NCBI GenBank assembly: GCA_943356525.1
Contig: CALRFG010000005.1
Location: 2,921 to 66,920, forward strand
Source of the DNA: Candidatus Nomurabacteria bacterium
Lineage (GTDB): Bacteria; Patescibacteriota; Minisyncoccia; Phycocordibacterales; CAIZLB01
Reading direction: 5' to 3'
Length of the DNA: 64,000 nucleotides
Shown here: piece after piece, positions 10,084-18,530 of the stretch
How positions within the stretch are numbered: position 1 is the first letter of the stretch
Layout of the letters: each line of letters starts with the position of its first letter
Made by a program: the position numbers and the translations under genes
The notes under the pieces: generated by a model
The model's database searches: none
The model's input: only the letters and a program-made list of their open reading frames with translations
What the model was told of the DNA's origin: nothing

Positions 10084-10752
10084 ATGGCAATATCTAAAAA
10101 GGCTATTGAAAATTACGAAAAAAGTTTAAATAAAAAGAATGGTATGAGTATTTTGTATGAACAATCGTCAGGTGGTATGGATAACCTGGCAAAGGTATTT
10201 GATCTTTTGTTTAAATTCAAAGTAGAAGACGATAAGAGAAAAGAAAAGTTAAAAGATTTTCCAAATGGTTTTGAATTAGAGGGTAGGGGTAGAACCTGCT
10301 ATATATGTAAAGACTCAAATTATGGAGATAAACCAAGCTGGTATGATAAATATGGTGTTAAGTGTTTAGTCTGTCAGTACGCTATTAACCAAAATGAGAT
10401 AGATCCAGAACTTATAAAAAGCGATGAGGATTGGTATTCAAAATATGACCTAGAATCTAAGTTTAATTTAAAAACACCGACCATAAGAGGTTGGGTAAAG
10501 AAAGGTCTCCTTAAGGAGAGGATTTTGAGTTGTTATGGAAAAGGTGCACATGTTAGGTTGTACTTAGTAGAAGATAATAAAGATTTTTTACCACCTAAAT
10601 ACATGGTTAAATCAGATATTGTAAATATTAAAGAGGGTGACAGAACTTATTCAAGTTTAGAGCCTTGGTATAATTTTGTTGATCCATACAAACATTTGAA
10701 AGGATATGGAATTATGGAGTATGTGATGGTTAGTGAAAAAGATGGTGAATAA
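10084..10752 (+). CDS. Hypothetical protein with CxxC...CxxC (Zn-binding) and possible HTH
   Basis: CYIC and CLVC pairs; FNLKTPTIRGWVKKGLL resembles an excisionase/MerR-type HTH. Confidence 0.6.
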   Translation: MAISKKAIENYEKSLNKKNGMSILYEQSSGGMDNLAKVFDLLFKFKVEDDKRKEKLKDFPNGFELEGRGRTCYICKDSNYGDKPSWYDKYGVKCLVCQYAINQNEIDPELIKSDEDWYSKYDLESKFNLKTPTIRGWVKKGLLKERILSCYGKGAHVRLYLVEDNKDFLPPKYMVKSDIVNIKEGDRTYSSLEPWYNFVDPYKHLKGYGIMEYVMVSEKDGE

Positions 10753-10791
10753 CTTATATTAGAATAATAATTTTCATGTTATAATACTTAT

Positions 10792-11124
10792 GCTTGTATT
10801 TTAAAAACCACCCATTTTTTATCTTTTTATACAAAAGATTTCAAGTTTAAAATCAAAACATAAGACACTGTATAAACTTTACTATAAGACTTCGTCGAAT
10901 AGAATAGTTTGAACAGTTGAGATGTTAGAATTTGTCCCTTGAGAGATTATCTTTTTGAGAGGTATAGTAGTCACATACTAACAATGATCGCAATACAAGT
11001 TAGTGGGGTGGTTTGGTCGTTGTCCACTTCAACAAATTAAATATATGGATAATATTATTATCACTTTATTTATAATGTATCTCATAATATGTGAGACACA
11101 TAAAAGATAAGACCTTAGTGGATA
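10792..11124 (+). ncRNA. RT-associated ncRNA (retron msr-msd-like)
   Basis: Extended -10 TGTTATAAT at 10777-10785; pairings 10792-10800/10992-11000 and 10805-10816/11002-11014; several internal hairpins; lies directly upstream of the RT. Confidence 0.6.
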
Positions 11125-11129
11125 ATAAA

Positions 11130-12005
11130 ATGATATACTCATCCAAAAAAGAACTATTAGAATTTCTAAATATAAAAGAAAATTTTCTTTATCCTGATTT
11201 TTCAAAAAAATATTATACAAAAGAATTAAAAAAGAAAAGTGGAGGTATTCGCTTAATAAAACCTCCGAGTGTTAACCTAAAAAAAGTTCAAAGATTAATT
11301 CTGGATAAAATACTTTATAAACATAAGAACCTTGAGTGTGTGTATGGTTTATCTAAAGATAAAGGTGTTGTTGCAAATGCAAATTTTCATAAGAAAAATT
11401 TTGATAAACAATTGGTAAATTTAGATATAGAAAACTTTTTTACTAATGTTTTAAAAAAAGAGGTCAACAAGGTATTTAAAAGTTTAGGTTTTAATAAAGA
11501 AAATTCAAATATTCTAACAAAAATATGTACGGTGGAAGGTTCTTTACCTCAGGGTGCGCCAACCAGTCCATATTTAGCTTCTTTATCTTGTATAAAAATG
11601 GATAAAGAGATATATAACTATTGTAGAAAACAAAAGTTTACTTATACTCGTTATTTTGACGATATAAGTATTTCTGGAATGAATATTAATGATAAAAATA
11701 TTGTTGATATTGAAAAGATAGTAAACAAAAATAAATTTAATTTAAATAAAACAAAAACTACATTTTATGAAGCAGATTTAGATAAGATTATAAATGGAGT
11801 TTTTATATCCAAAAATGGTTTATCTGTTACTAATAAATATAAAGATGAGGTAAAGAGTTTGTATATTAATTATTTGAAAGATCCCTGTGTTCATAATAAA
11901 AAAGCCTACAAAGGTAAACTTAGTTTTTATTTACATATAAACAAAAAAGAAGCTGTTGATTTTATTAATAAAATAAGCTATCTAACTGGGATTGGACCAG
12001 TGTAG
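11130..12005 (+). CDS. Retron-type reverse transcriptase
   Basis: KKKSGGIRLI, NANFH (NAxxH, region X), LDIENFF, LPQGAPTSP, YTRYFDDISISG; ATG at 11130 preferred (track starts at GTG 11091). Confidence 0.9.
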   Translation: MIYSSKKELLEFLNIKENFLYPDFSKKYYTKELKKKSGGIRLIKPPSVNLKKVQRLILDKILYKHKNLECVYGLSKDKGVVANANFHKKNFDKQLVNLDIENFFTNVLKKEVNKVFKSLGFNKENSNILTKICTVEGSLPQGAPTSPYLASLSCIKMDKEIYNYCRKQKFTYTRYFDDISISGMNINDKNIVDIEKIVNKNKFNLNKTKTTFYEADLDKIINGVFISKNGLSVTNKYKDEVKSLYINYLKDPCVHNKKAYKGKLSFYLHINKKEAVDFINKISYLTGIGPV

Positions 12006-12012
12006 ACAGCTT
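11975..12012 (-). terminator. Hairpin terminator, probably of the minus-strand PEP-CTERM gene
   Basis: AAGCTATCTA-ACTGG...CCAGT-G-TAGACAGCTT; the mismatch reads as G-U on the minus strand and is followed by a T-rich tract. Confidence 0.45.
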
Positions 12013-12035
12013 GTGTAAGAATGAATTAACGGAAA

Positions 12036-13058
12036 TTACTTCTTTCTTCTTGTGATAAACACGATTGAGAAAATCAAAAGTATCATTATTTGTGACGGTT
12101 CAGGAATTGTTGTGGGTGTTAGGAGGAAAACATTACCATTACTTCCTATACCTGCAATTTGTCCTTGATCGTTAATCACTCGAGGGTAAAAAACACCTCC
12201 AGTCGGATCTAAATCAGAAACAATTTCAATGTCTTTAAAAGTACCATTATCATAGATACGATTTCCAGCAATAATTTGACCCAAATTGTTAATATCTCTC
12301 ATGTCATAATCGGGAAAGTAAGCAGTAACACCGTCTTTCCAAAGAAAACCACCGTTGCTGGACATTCCGATTATTTGACCGTCGTCGTTTATTGCAAATG
12401 ACTCACTATAACTTCCTGTAAGACCAAGACTTGATATGGTACCGTTTTGCCACATAACTGCACTTATTGTTCCTGATCCGTAAGATTTACCAACTGTTAT
12501 ATTGTTGTTATTAATATCATTTGCCTGCGCTCTGGTGTCATTAGAGAGATGAGGTAGGCTAATCGTGATTCCGTTTTCGAGATAAAAGTTACCTCCAAGA
12601 TTTACAGATCCACCTCCGACTACGACACCGCTGTCGTTTATTGAATATGCAATGCTTCCGTTTGATGGACCTATTCCTGTTGTTAATAAATCGGCACCAA
12701 TGTTGTTTTGTAAAACAAAGCTACGATTTACCCCTGGTAAACTAGGGGAAGTGTATGAACCAACCACTTGTCCAGAGTTGTTTACGGAATATGCTCTTGT
12801 AGATGTGTTTGTAAATATTCCACCGAGGTTGTTAAGAATCGTGACCGATCCATTATTCCAGACAATACCTTTGGTTGATGAGTTTGCGCCGTGTAACGAA
12901 TAACCTGTTACAGTTCCTGAATTGTTGATGTCTGTAAGTGTGATTGTGTCACTGAGGTCTGTGTTCGGATTACCAAGGTTGACCGCTGTGTAGAACAGGC
13001 TAGCTGCCGACAGTATTGGACTGAATGCGAGGACGATGATTGAGATGTAAGTTTTCAT
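12036..13058 (-). CDS. Secreted HAF-type extracellular repeat protein with PEP-CTERM sorting signal
   Basis: Signal peptide; repeated (A)xxINxxGxVVG units; C-terminus IPEPS + TM helix + RRKK. Confidence 0.8.
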   Translation of the reverse strand: MKTYISIIVLAFSPILSAASLFYTAVNLGNPNTDLSDTITLTDINNSGTVTGYSLHGANSSTKGIVWNNGSVTILNNLGGIFTNTSTRAYSVNNSGQVVGSYTSPSLPGVNRSFVLQNNIGADLLTTGIGPSNGSIAYSINDSGVVVGGGSVNLGGNFYLENGITISLPHLSNDTRAQANDINNNNITVGKSYGSGTISAVMWQNGTISSLGLTGSYSESFAINDDGQIIGMSSNGGFLWKDGVTAYFPDYDMRDINNLGQIIAGNRIYDNGTFKDIEIVSDLDPTGGVFYPRVINDQGQIAGIGSNGNVFLLTPTTIPEPSQIMILLIFSIVFITRRKK

Positions 13059-13275
13059 TTTGTGTTTTCAAGTTGTGCTTTTTGGATATAACTTAATATC
13101 CAAGATGTTTGTATTAGATAGTATATCAATATAAAAGTCAATATGTTGCAATAAAAAAATCCCGACCCACAGTCCTAAAATTCCACTTTAAAAACCACCC
13201 ATAATACCCTTACAACACTTGAAACATTTGGTACTTAACCCGAGTGTCCCGCATGTTTTGAACGTAGAGAAAAAC

Positions 13276-13487
13276 TGCGGGATGAGAAAGCGCATAGTTG
13301 CGCTTTCGTGAGGGATTCGAAAAGCTTTGCTATATTTTTGAGAATTTGAAAAATTCGAGAAAATTGCAAAGGTGTACCGAACATGTAATGTTCGAATCCC
13401 TACAATAAAATAAGGAACGTAGTGACTATATTTTATACTATGTGATATAGGGAGCAGAGCGACCATATATCATCTCCGTCTCCGCCA
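13276..13487. repeat. Palindromic element built from interrupted tRNA 3'-end fragments (att-like remnant)
   Basis: AGGGATTCGAA (13311-13321) / TTCGAATCCCT (13391-13401) IR; CTCCGTCTCCGCCA at 13474-13487; no complete cloverleaf visible. Confidence 0.5.
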
Positions 13488-13758
13488 TTACAACTTAGTA
13501 TCGGAGTTGACCTACATGGCTTAATACAATGCTTTAGCTAAACTTGACAGATATGTTATAAATGGTGTATAAAATAAAACTATACCTTAACAAAGTTTAA
13601 AGTCGCCATAGCTAAAAGCTACCTAAATATAGGTATTTCCTAGCTATGGCGAAGTCAAAACGACTAGCCTGGCACAATAACTAAACTACAATACAATGGG
13701 CCCGCCCCTGGTCTCGACGAGTGTCGAAGCTTTAGGTGAGCCGAAACTACAAAAAATT

Positions 13759-14421
13759 ATGAGCCTAAAGCCCGTAACCACCGCACAAGCAGAAGGTCTT
13801 CGTAAGATCGTCAATGAAAAACAAGTCGGACGTGCACTATTCCAACAGGCGCTCGATAACGGATCCTTCGCATACTTCCTTGATTCACTTAAGGTTGGCG
13901 AGGAATCAGAATACGTTCCGCTCAGCGATGCTCGCATCGAGGAGTTGACAGCCCTGGCTACAAAAGCCGGAGCACGCATCTATGTCATTCGTCGTGTCCG
14001 TGTCAAGCAGAATCGCGAGTGGCAGGAAGCTGTCAATCTCGCTGGGCCAAACACACAGAGTCGTAACAATGTCTGCGACACCGGAGTCGGTGTCCGATAT
14101 CAGCCCATATCCACCAAGGATATCATTATGGACATGGTCCTTCTCAACTATCCGAAAGGTGATGGTAACTGGGACAAAGGCATTGCCTGGGGCAAAGAGG
14201 CCAAGCTTAATGCTGCCAACCCTCGCGAAGTTTTCGCGATTGGCGAGCAGAAGCCTGACCTTCATACCAACCTTAAAATAAACCCGATGTATGTAGTAGC
14301 CCCTGATTCATACAACAGTTACGCGTGCTGTGTCTTATGGGATGGTTACGACCGTGGAGCGGGTCTGTTTTGGCTCAGCCACTTCGACGATGCCTACGAT
14401 TGGTTTGCCTTCCGTGAGTAG
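13759..14421 (+). CDS. Hypothetical protein, C-terminus resembling DGR-target-like families
   Basis: ORF with higher GC than its flanks; ends ...CVLWDGYDRGAGLFWLSHFDDAYDWFAFRE; alternative start 13696. Confidence 0.6.
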   Translation: MSLKPVTTAQAEGLRKIVNEKQVGRALFQQALDNGSFAYFLDSLKVGEESEYVPLSDARIEELTALATKAGARIYVIRRVRVKQNREWQEAVNLAGPNTQSRNNVCDTGVGVRYQPISTKDIIMDMVLLNYPKGDGNWDKGIAWGKEAKLNAANPREVFAIGEQKPDLHTNLKINPMYVVAPDSYNSYACCVLWDGYDRGAGLFWLSHFDDAYDWFAFRE

Positions 14422-14473
14422 ATCCTAGAACTTTTTTCTTGACTCTACTCTGACACTTTGAACTTTGTCTTCA

Positions 14474-14512
14474 GCCCGGTTTTTGCAAAAGCAGAAACCG
14501 GGCTTTTTTTTT
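14474..14512 (+). terminator. Intrinsic terminator
   Basis: GCCCGGTTTTTGC-aaaa-GCAGAAACCGGGC followed by a T-run. Confidence 0.8.
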
Positions 14513-14642
14513 CATTAAAAATTATAATACTAAACATTAATATATACATATACTTAGTATAAGTGTCGACCCACAACAATTATCAAAAGCTTAACTGAAA
14601 CAAACTATTATTTTGAGCATCACTATAGTATTATAATTTCAT

Positions 14643-15458
14643 ATGCAAAAGAAAACTATATTTATAACAGGAACATCTTCTGGTATCGGTAGGGCAACTG
14701 TAAAATATTTTTTAGAAAAAGACTGGAATGTCATCGCTACAATGAAGTTTCCTGAAAATGAAATGGAATTTAAAAACTCTGACTCATTACTTTTAGAAAA
14801 AGTAGATGTTACAGATTCTTTAACAATAAAAAAAGCTTTTGATAATGGGGTATTAAAATTTGGAAAAATAGATGCAATAGTAAACAATGCTGGTTATGGA
14901 CTATTAGGTCCTCTTGAAAATACAACTGAAGAACAGGCAAGGGCTCAGTTTGATGTCAATGTGTTGGGGGTTATCAGCACTATTCGTATAGCATTACCAC
15001 ATTTTAGAGAAAATAACTCCGGTAAAATTATAAATATCGGTTCAATGCTTGGAAGAATTACTCTTCCTTTTATGAGTCTATATTCAGCTAGTAAACATGC
15101 AATTGAAGGTTTGTCTGAAGACCTATATTATGAACTTAAGGATTTAAATATTCAGGTCAAAGTCATCGAACCAGGTAATGTACGCACAGATTTTTTTACC
15201 AGTTCACTTGTTAGAGCCGAAAGTGACTCTATAAAAGTATACGATAAATATTGGCATTCCTATATAAAAAATATGATACAAAGAGGAAGTGTAGGTGCTG
15301 ATACAATTCTTGCTGCAAAAGTTATCTATAAAGCAGTCAATAATAATAGTAATAAACTTAGATATACTGTAGACAAAACAGGTAAAAGGCTTATTTTTTT
15401 TAGATCTATATCAACACTTCCACTATTTCAATTTATAATTACAAAATTTGTAAAATAA
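14643..15458 (+). CDS. SDR family oxidoreductase
   Basis: ITGTSSGIG, NNAGYG, YSASK motifs. Confidence 0.9.
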   Translation: MQKKTIFITGTSSGIGRATVKYFLEKDWNVIATMKFPENEMEFKNSDSLLLEKVDVTDSLTIKKAFDNGVLKFGKIDAIVNNAGYGLLGPLENTTEEQARAQFDVNVLGVISTIRIALPHFRENNSGKIINIGSMLGRITLPFMSLYSASKHAIEGLSEDLYYELKDLNIQVKVIEPGNVRTDFFTSSLVRAESDSIKVYDKYWHSYIKNMIQRGSVGADTILAAKVIYKAVNNNSNKLRYTVDKTGKRLIFFRSISTLPLFQFIITKFVK

Positions 15459-15550
15459 ATTTGTAATAGACTGGTAATTTTTATTTAATAAAAAAAAGTG
15501 ACATTCATCACTTTTTATTATCAATAGTTTTTTTTATATTCAAAATATAA

Positions 15551-15952
15551 CTATTCTGGCATTAAAACCGTATCGATCACATGTATAACTCCATTTGAAC
15601 ATTCTATGTCCACCGCTGTAACTTTTGCATCATTAACCATAACACCATTACTTGCATCGATATTTACCTCTGAACCTTCCACTGTCATTGCTTTAGAGAT
15701 TTTTACAACATCTTCTGACATCACTTTTCCTGCAACAACGTGATATGTAAGAATAGAAGTAAGTTTTGCTTTATCGGCAAGCACTGCGTTTAGTGTTTCC
15801 GCAGGAATTTTTGCAAACGCCTCGTTAGTTGGTGCAAAAACTGTAAATGGTCCAGTTCCTGAAAGTGTTTCTACAAGATCAGCTGCTTTGATAGCAGTAA
15901 CAAGAGTTGAAAAGTCAGGATTTGTAATAGCTGTTTCAATAATATTTTTCAT
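15551..15952 (-). CDS. Fasciclin (FAS1) domain protein
   Basis: [10 protein letters not shown] and [11 protein letters not shown]. Confidence 0.92.
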   Translation of the reverse strand: MKNIIETAITNPDFSTLVTAIKAADLVETLSGTGPFTVFAPTNEAFAKIPAETLNAVLADKAKLTSILTYHVVAGKVMSEDVVKISKAMTVEGSEVNIDASNGVMVNDAKVTAVDIECSNGVIHVIDTVLMPE

Positions 15953-16177
15953 ATAGTTTTTTATTTTTATTATTTTATAATAGTAGATTATGGTAAAATC
16001 TGTGTTTTCATCTAACTGTGTTCTGTCGTTTTGTTAAAAGGATAGATAACTCTAACCTGTATTAACTATACACTCATTTTAAACCAATGGATAGTTTAAT
16101 AGTATTTAAGCTTATATGAAATACTATAAACAGCTTTACTAGTAATTTAATTGAAATATAAATGCTATAATAATTGT

Positions 16178-16807
16178 ATGAATATCTTTTATGTTTTAAT
16201 TAGTATAGTCATTCTTTGGTCAGCTTGGGGATACTTTTCTTCTAGGGTTGAAAAAACACAGTACACTATTCTAGACTCAAAAAATAATTATGAAATTCGT
16301 TTATACCCTGAGCATATTGTTGCTCAAACTGTAATCAAGGGATCATACACAGAAGCTTTAAATCAGGGTTTTAGAATTATTGCTGGATATATTTTTGGAG
16401 GGAATACTAAAAAAGAAAGTATTGCTATGACTTCACCTGTCGTAGAAAAAAGTTCAAAATCAGAATCTATTGCAATGACATCTCCTGTTACAGCCACAGT
16501 TGAAGGAGAAACTCATACAATTACCTTTGCCATGCCACGATCTTATACACTTGAAACATTACCAACTCCCAATGATGATCGTATTCAAATAGTTACTATT
16601 CCTGAAAAGAAAATGGCAGCTATTCAATTTTCTTGGATACGAACTGACGCTCGTGTGCAAGCAAAAAAGCAAGAACTTATTGATTTATTGAAAAAAGATA
16701 ATATAACGATAATGGGAGAGGTACAATATGCAGGTTATAGCGCACCTTGGACTCCACCATGGATGACTCGCAATGAAGTATTGGTAGATATTATTTACAA
16801 TGACTAA
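16178..16807 (+). CDS. SOUL heme-binding family protein
   Basis: YEIRLYP, GFRIIAGYIFGGN, IAMTSPV (twice), YSAPWTPPWMTRNEV. Confidence 0.88.
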   Translation: MNIFYVLISIVILWSAWGYFSSRVEKTQYTILDSKNNYEIRLYPEHIVAQTVIKGSYTEALNQGFRIIAGYIFGGNTKKESIAMTSPVVEKSSKSESIAMTSPVTATVEGETHTITFAMPRSYTLETLPTPNDDRIQIVTIPEKKMAAIQFSWIRTDARVQAKKQELIDLLKKDNITIMGEVQYAGYSAPWTPPWMTRNEVLVDIIYND

Positions 16808-16838
16808 CTTTTTTCTACTTAGTATAAAATAAATACTG

Positions 16839-17744
16839 ATGACTAAGATATACCCTCAAGCATATTTCGAAAACATCATAACCCCTATAGACTCAGCTAA
16901 TATAAGTATAGCAAGCTCCGCCGTACTTTACGGTTTAAGTGTGTATACTGTTTTTCCAATAATCTTCAAAAAACAAGGTATATCAGCTTTTCGTCTACAG
17001 GATCATTATATTCGACTTATAAATTCAGCCAAGATTATAGGTATAGACACTTTTGAAAAAGATTGGAATTTTGAAAGATTTACAAAAGCTGTAAAAGAGT
17101 TAATACAAGCAAATACTATTGATCAATTGGTTTTTATCAGAGCAACTATTCATGTGACAGATCTTGTTCCTGGCACTCGTTCACGTGGACTTGCAACAAA
17201 CTTGAGTATGTTTATATATGAAGCAAATCCTATCATACCTCAAAACGGTGCTCGTTTGAAAACAAGTGTATGGAGACGTATCCCTGACTCATCTATACCT
17301 TCTCGTGCAAAAGTCAACGGTGCTTATGTAAACTCAGTACTTGGAAAACAGGACGCTATAGATAGTGGGTATGACGATTGTTTGTTCCTAGATACTCAAG
17401 GTCATGTATGTGAGCTCAGCGCTGCAAACATTTTTATGGTCCGAGATGGGATTTTAATAACACCAAGTCAAAGTAGTGATATCTTAGAAGGCATTAACAG
17501 AAAGACCATAATTGAGATTGCAAAAAGTTTAAATATTCAGGTTATTGAAAGGGAAATAGATTTAACTGAGGTTTATATTGCTGATGAATTATTTGCTTGC
17601 GGGACATCGGCTTTTATTGCATCTATAATAGAAGTCGATAAAAGAAAAATTGGCTACAATGTTTATCCTATAACTCAAAAGATAAAAAAAGCGTATGATG
17701 AGGTTTTTTCTGATGAAGACAATCAATTTTTTAAATTAATATAA
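16839..17744 (+). CDS. ilvE: Class IV aminotransferase (branched-chain amino acid aminotransferase-like)
   Basis: AKVNGAY (PLP lysine), ELSAANIF, ILEGINR, ADELFACGT. Confidence 0.75.
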   Translation: MTKIYPQAYFENIITPIDSANISIASSAVLYGLSVYTVFPIIFKKQGISAFRLQDHYIRLINSAKIIGIDTFEKDWNFERFTKAVKELIQANTIDQLVFIRATIHVTDLVPGTRSRGLATNLSMFIYEANPIIPQNGARLKTSVWRRIPDSSIPSRAKVNGAYVNSVLGKQDAIDSGYDDCLFLDTQGHVCELSAANIFMVRDGILITPSQSSDILEGINRKTIIEIAKSLNIQVIEREIDLTEVYIADELFACGTSAFIASIIEVDKRKIGYNVYPITQKIKKAYDEVFSDEDNQFFKLI

Positions 17745-17765
17745 GAAACCTAAAATCAAAATAAA

Positions 17766-18443
17766 CTAATTAACTTTAACTTTTATATCCAATATTGGCT
17801 TCTCAACACCTAGTTCGTAAAACATTTTTCTATCTTTAACAAATATTTTCTCAGATAAATGGAAAATAGTGTAAGTTATAAAAAAAGCAGAGAATACATC
17901 TATAGAATAATGTATATGAGCCATAAGAACTATAACTGCAAAAGATAATGAGAATAATATAAAAATATAACGAATAATCTTATCCTTCCAAAACACTAAG
18001 GCAAATAAGAATGGCATACCAGTGTGTCCTGAGAAAAATAGATCTGCACCAAAAGATAGATTACTAAAAAAACCTTGATATATGATCTGCTGTTCTGCAA
18101 AAGGTCCTATATGAGTCAATATAATAAACAAAGATCTTATTAAAACGAATAAAGCTGTAGTTTTTACAGTAAAAGGTATACGCTCTGGTTTTTGTAAATA
18201 AACAAAAACAACAAAAATAGTAAATAGGATTGATCCATTGATAAATAGATAATGAACATTATAATAATCTATGTTTGAGAGAATAATATCTGTTACAGGG
18301 TTACTGGCAACACCAGCCGCATAGGTTCCAGCATAGAAATTAATAATAATCGCAACCATTAGGAAAATGATAGATGAAAATAATGAGATAATAAAATTTT
18401 TATTTGTAAAAACTTCTTTATATTCGATTAGTTTAGATTTCAT
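17766..18443 (-). CDS. PAP2-like / sphingomyelin-synthase-like membrane phosphatase
   Basis: DLFFSGHT and HYSIDV motifs; multiple TM helices. Confidence 0.75.
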   Translation of the reverse strand: MKSKLIEYKEVFTNKNFIISLFSSIIFLMVAIIINFYAGTYAAGVASNPVTDIILSNIDYYNVHYLFINGSILFTIFVVFVYLQKPERIPFTVKTTALFVLIRSLFIILTHIGPFAEQQIIYQGFFSNLSFGADLFFSGHTGMPFLFALVFWKDKIIRYIFILFSLSFAVIVLMAHIHYSIDVFSAFFITYTIFHLSEKIFVKDRKMFYELGVEKPILDIKVKVN

Positions 18444-18530
18444 TTTATAAGTATAACAAACTTTTTACTTATCAACATTGATGTATGTTAAATTTTATTT
18501 CTTTATTATGATATAATTTTAATTAAAGAA

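Larger units (their letters stand above)
1..13487. mobile_element. Genomic (defence) island, left end outside window
   Basis: Recombinase, R-M, phage-like HTH and MTase, RT cargo; right edge carries tRNA 3'-end fragments ending TCTCCGCCA at 13487. Confidence 0.6.

Noticed and set aside
10861-10983. DRT2-style hidden 'neo' ORF between two ACA motifs 123 nt apart in the RT ncRNA
   Set aside because: Manual check finds stop codons in all three frames on both strands, and the RT motifs are retron-like rather than DRT2-like
11130-12005. RT as a group II intron or DGR enzyme
   Set aside because: Short, no maturase domain, has NAxxH and PQGAPTSP; no avd gene or TR/VR pair nearby
13276-13487. Functional tRNA gene
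   Set aside because: Only T-arm and acceptor 3' strands are present; no D-arm or anticodon arm found
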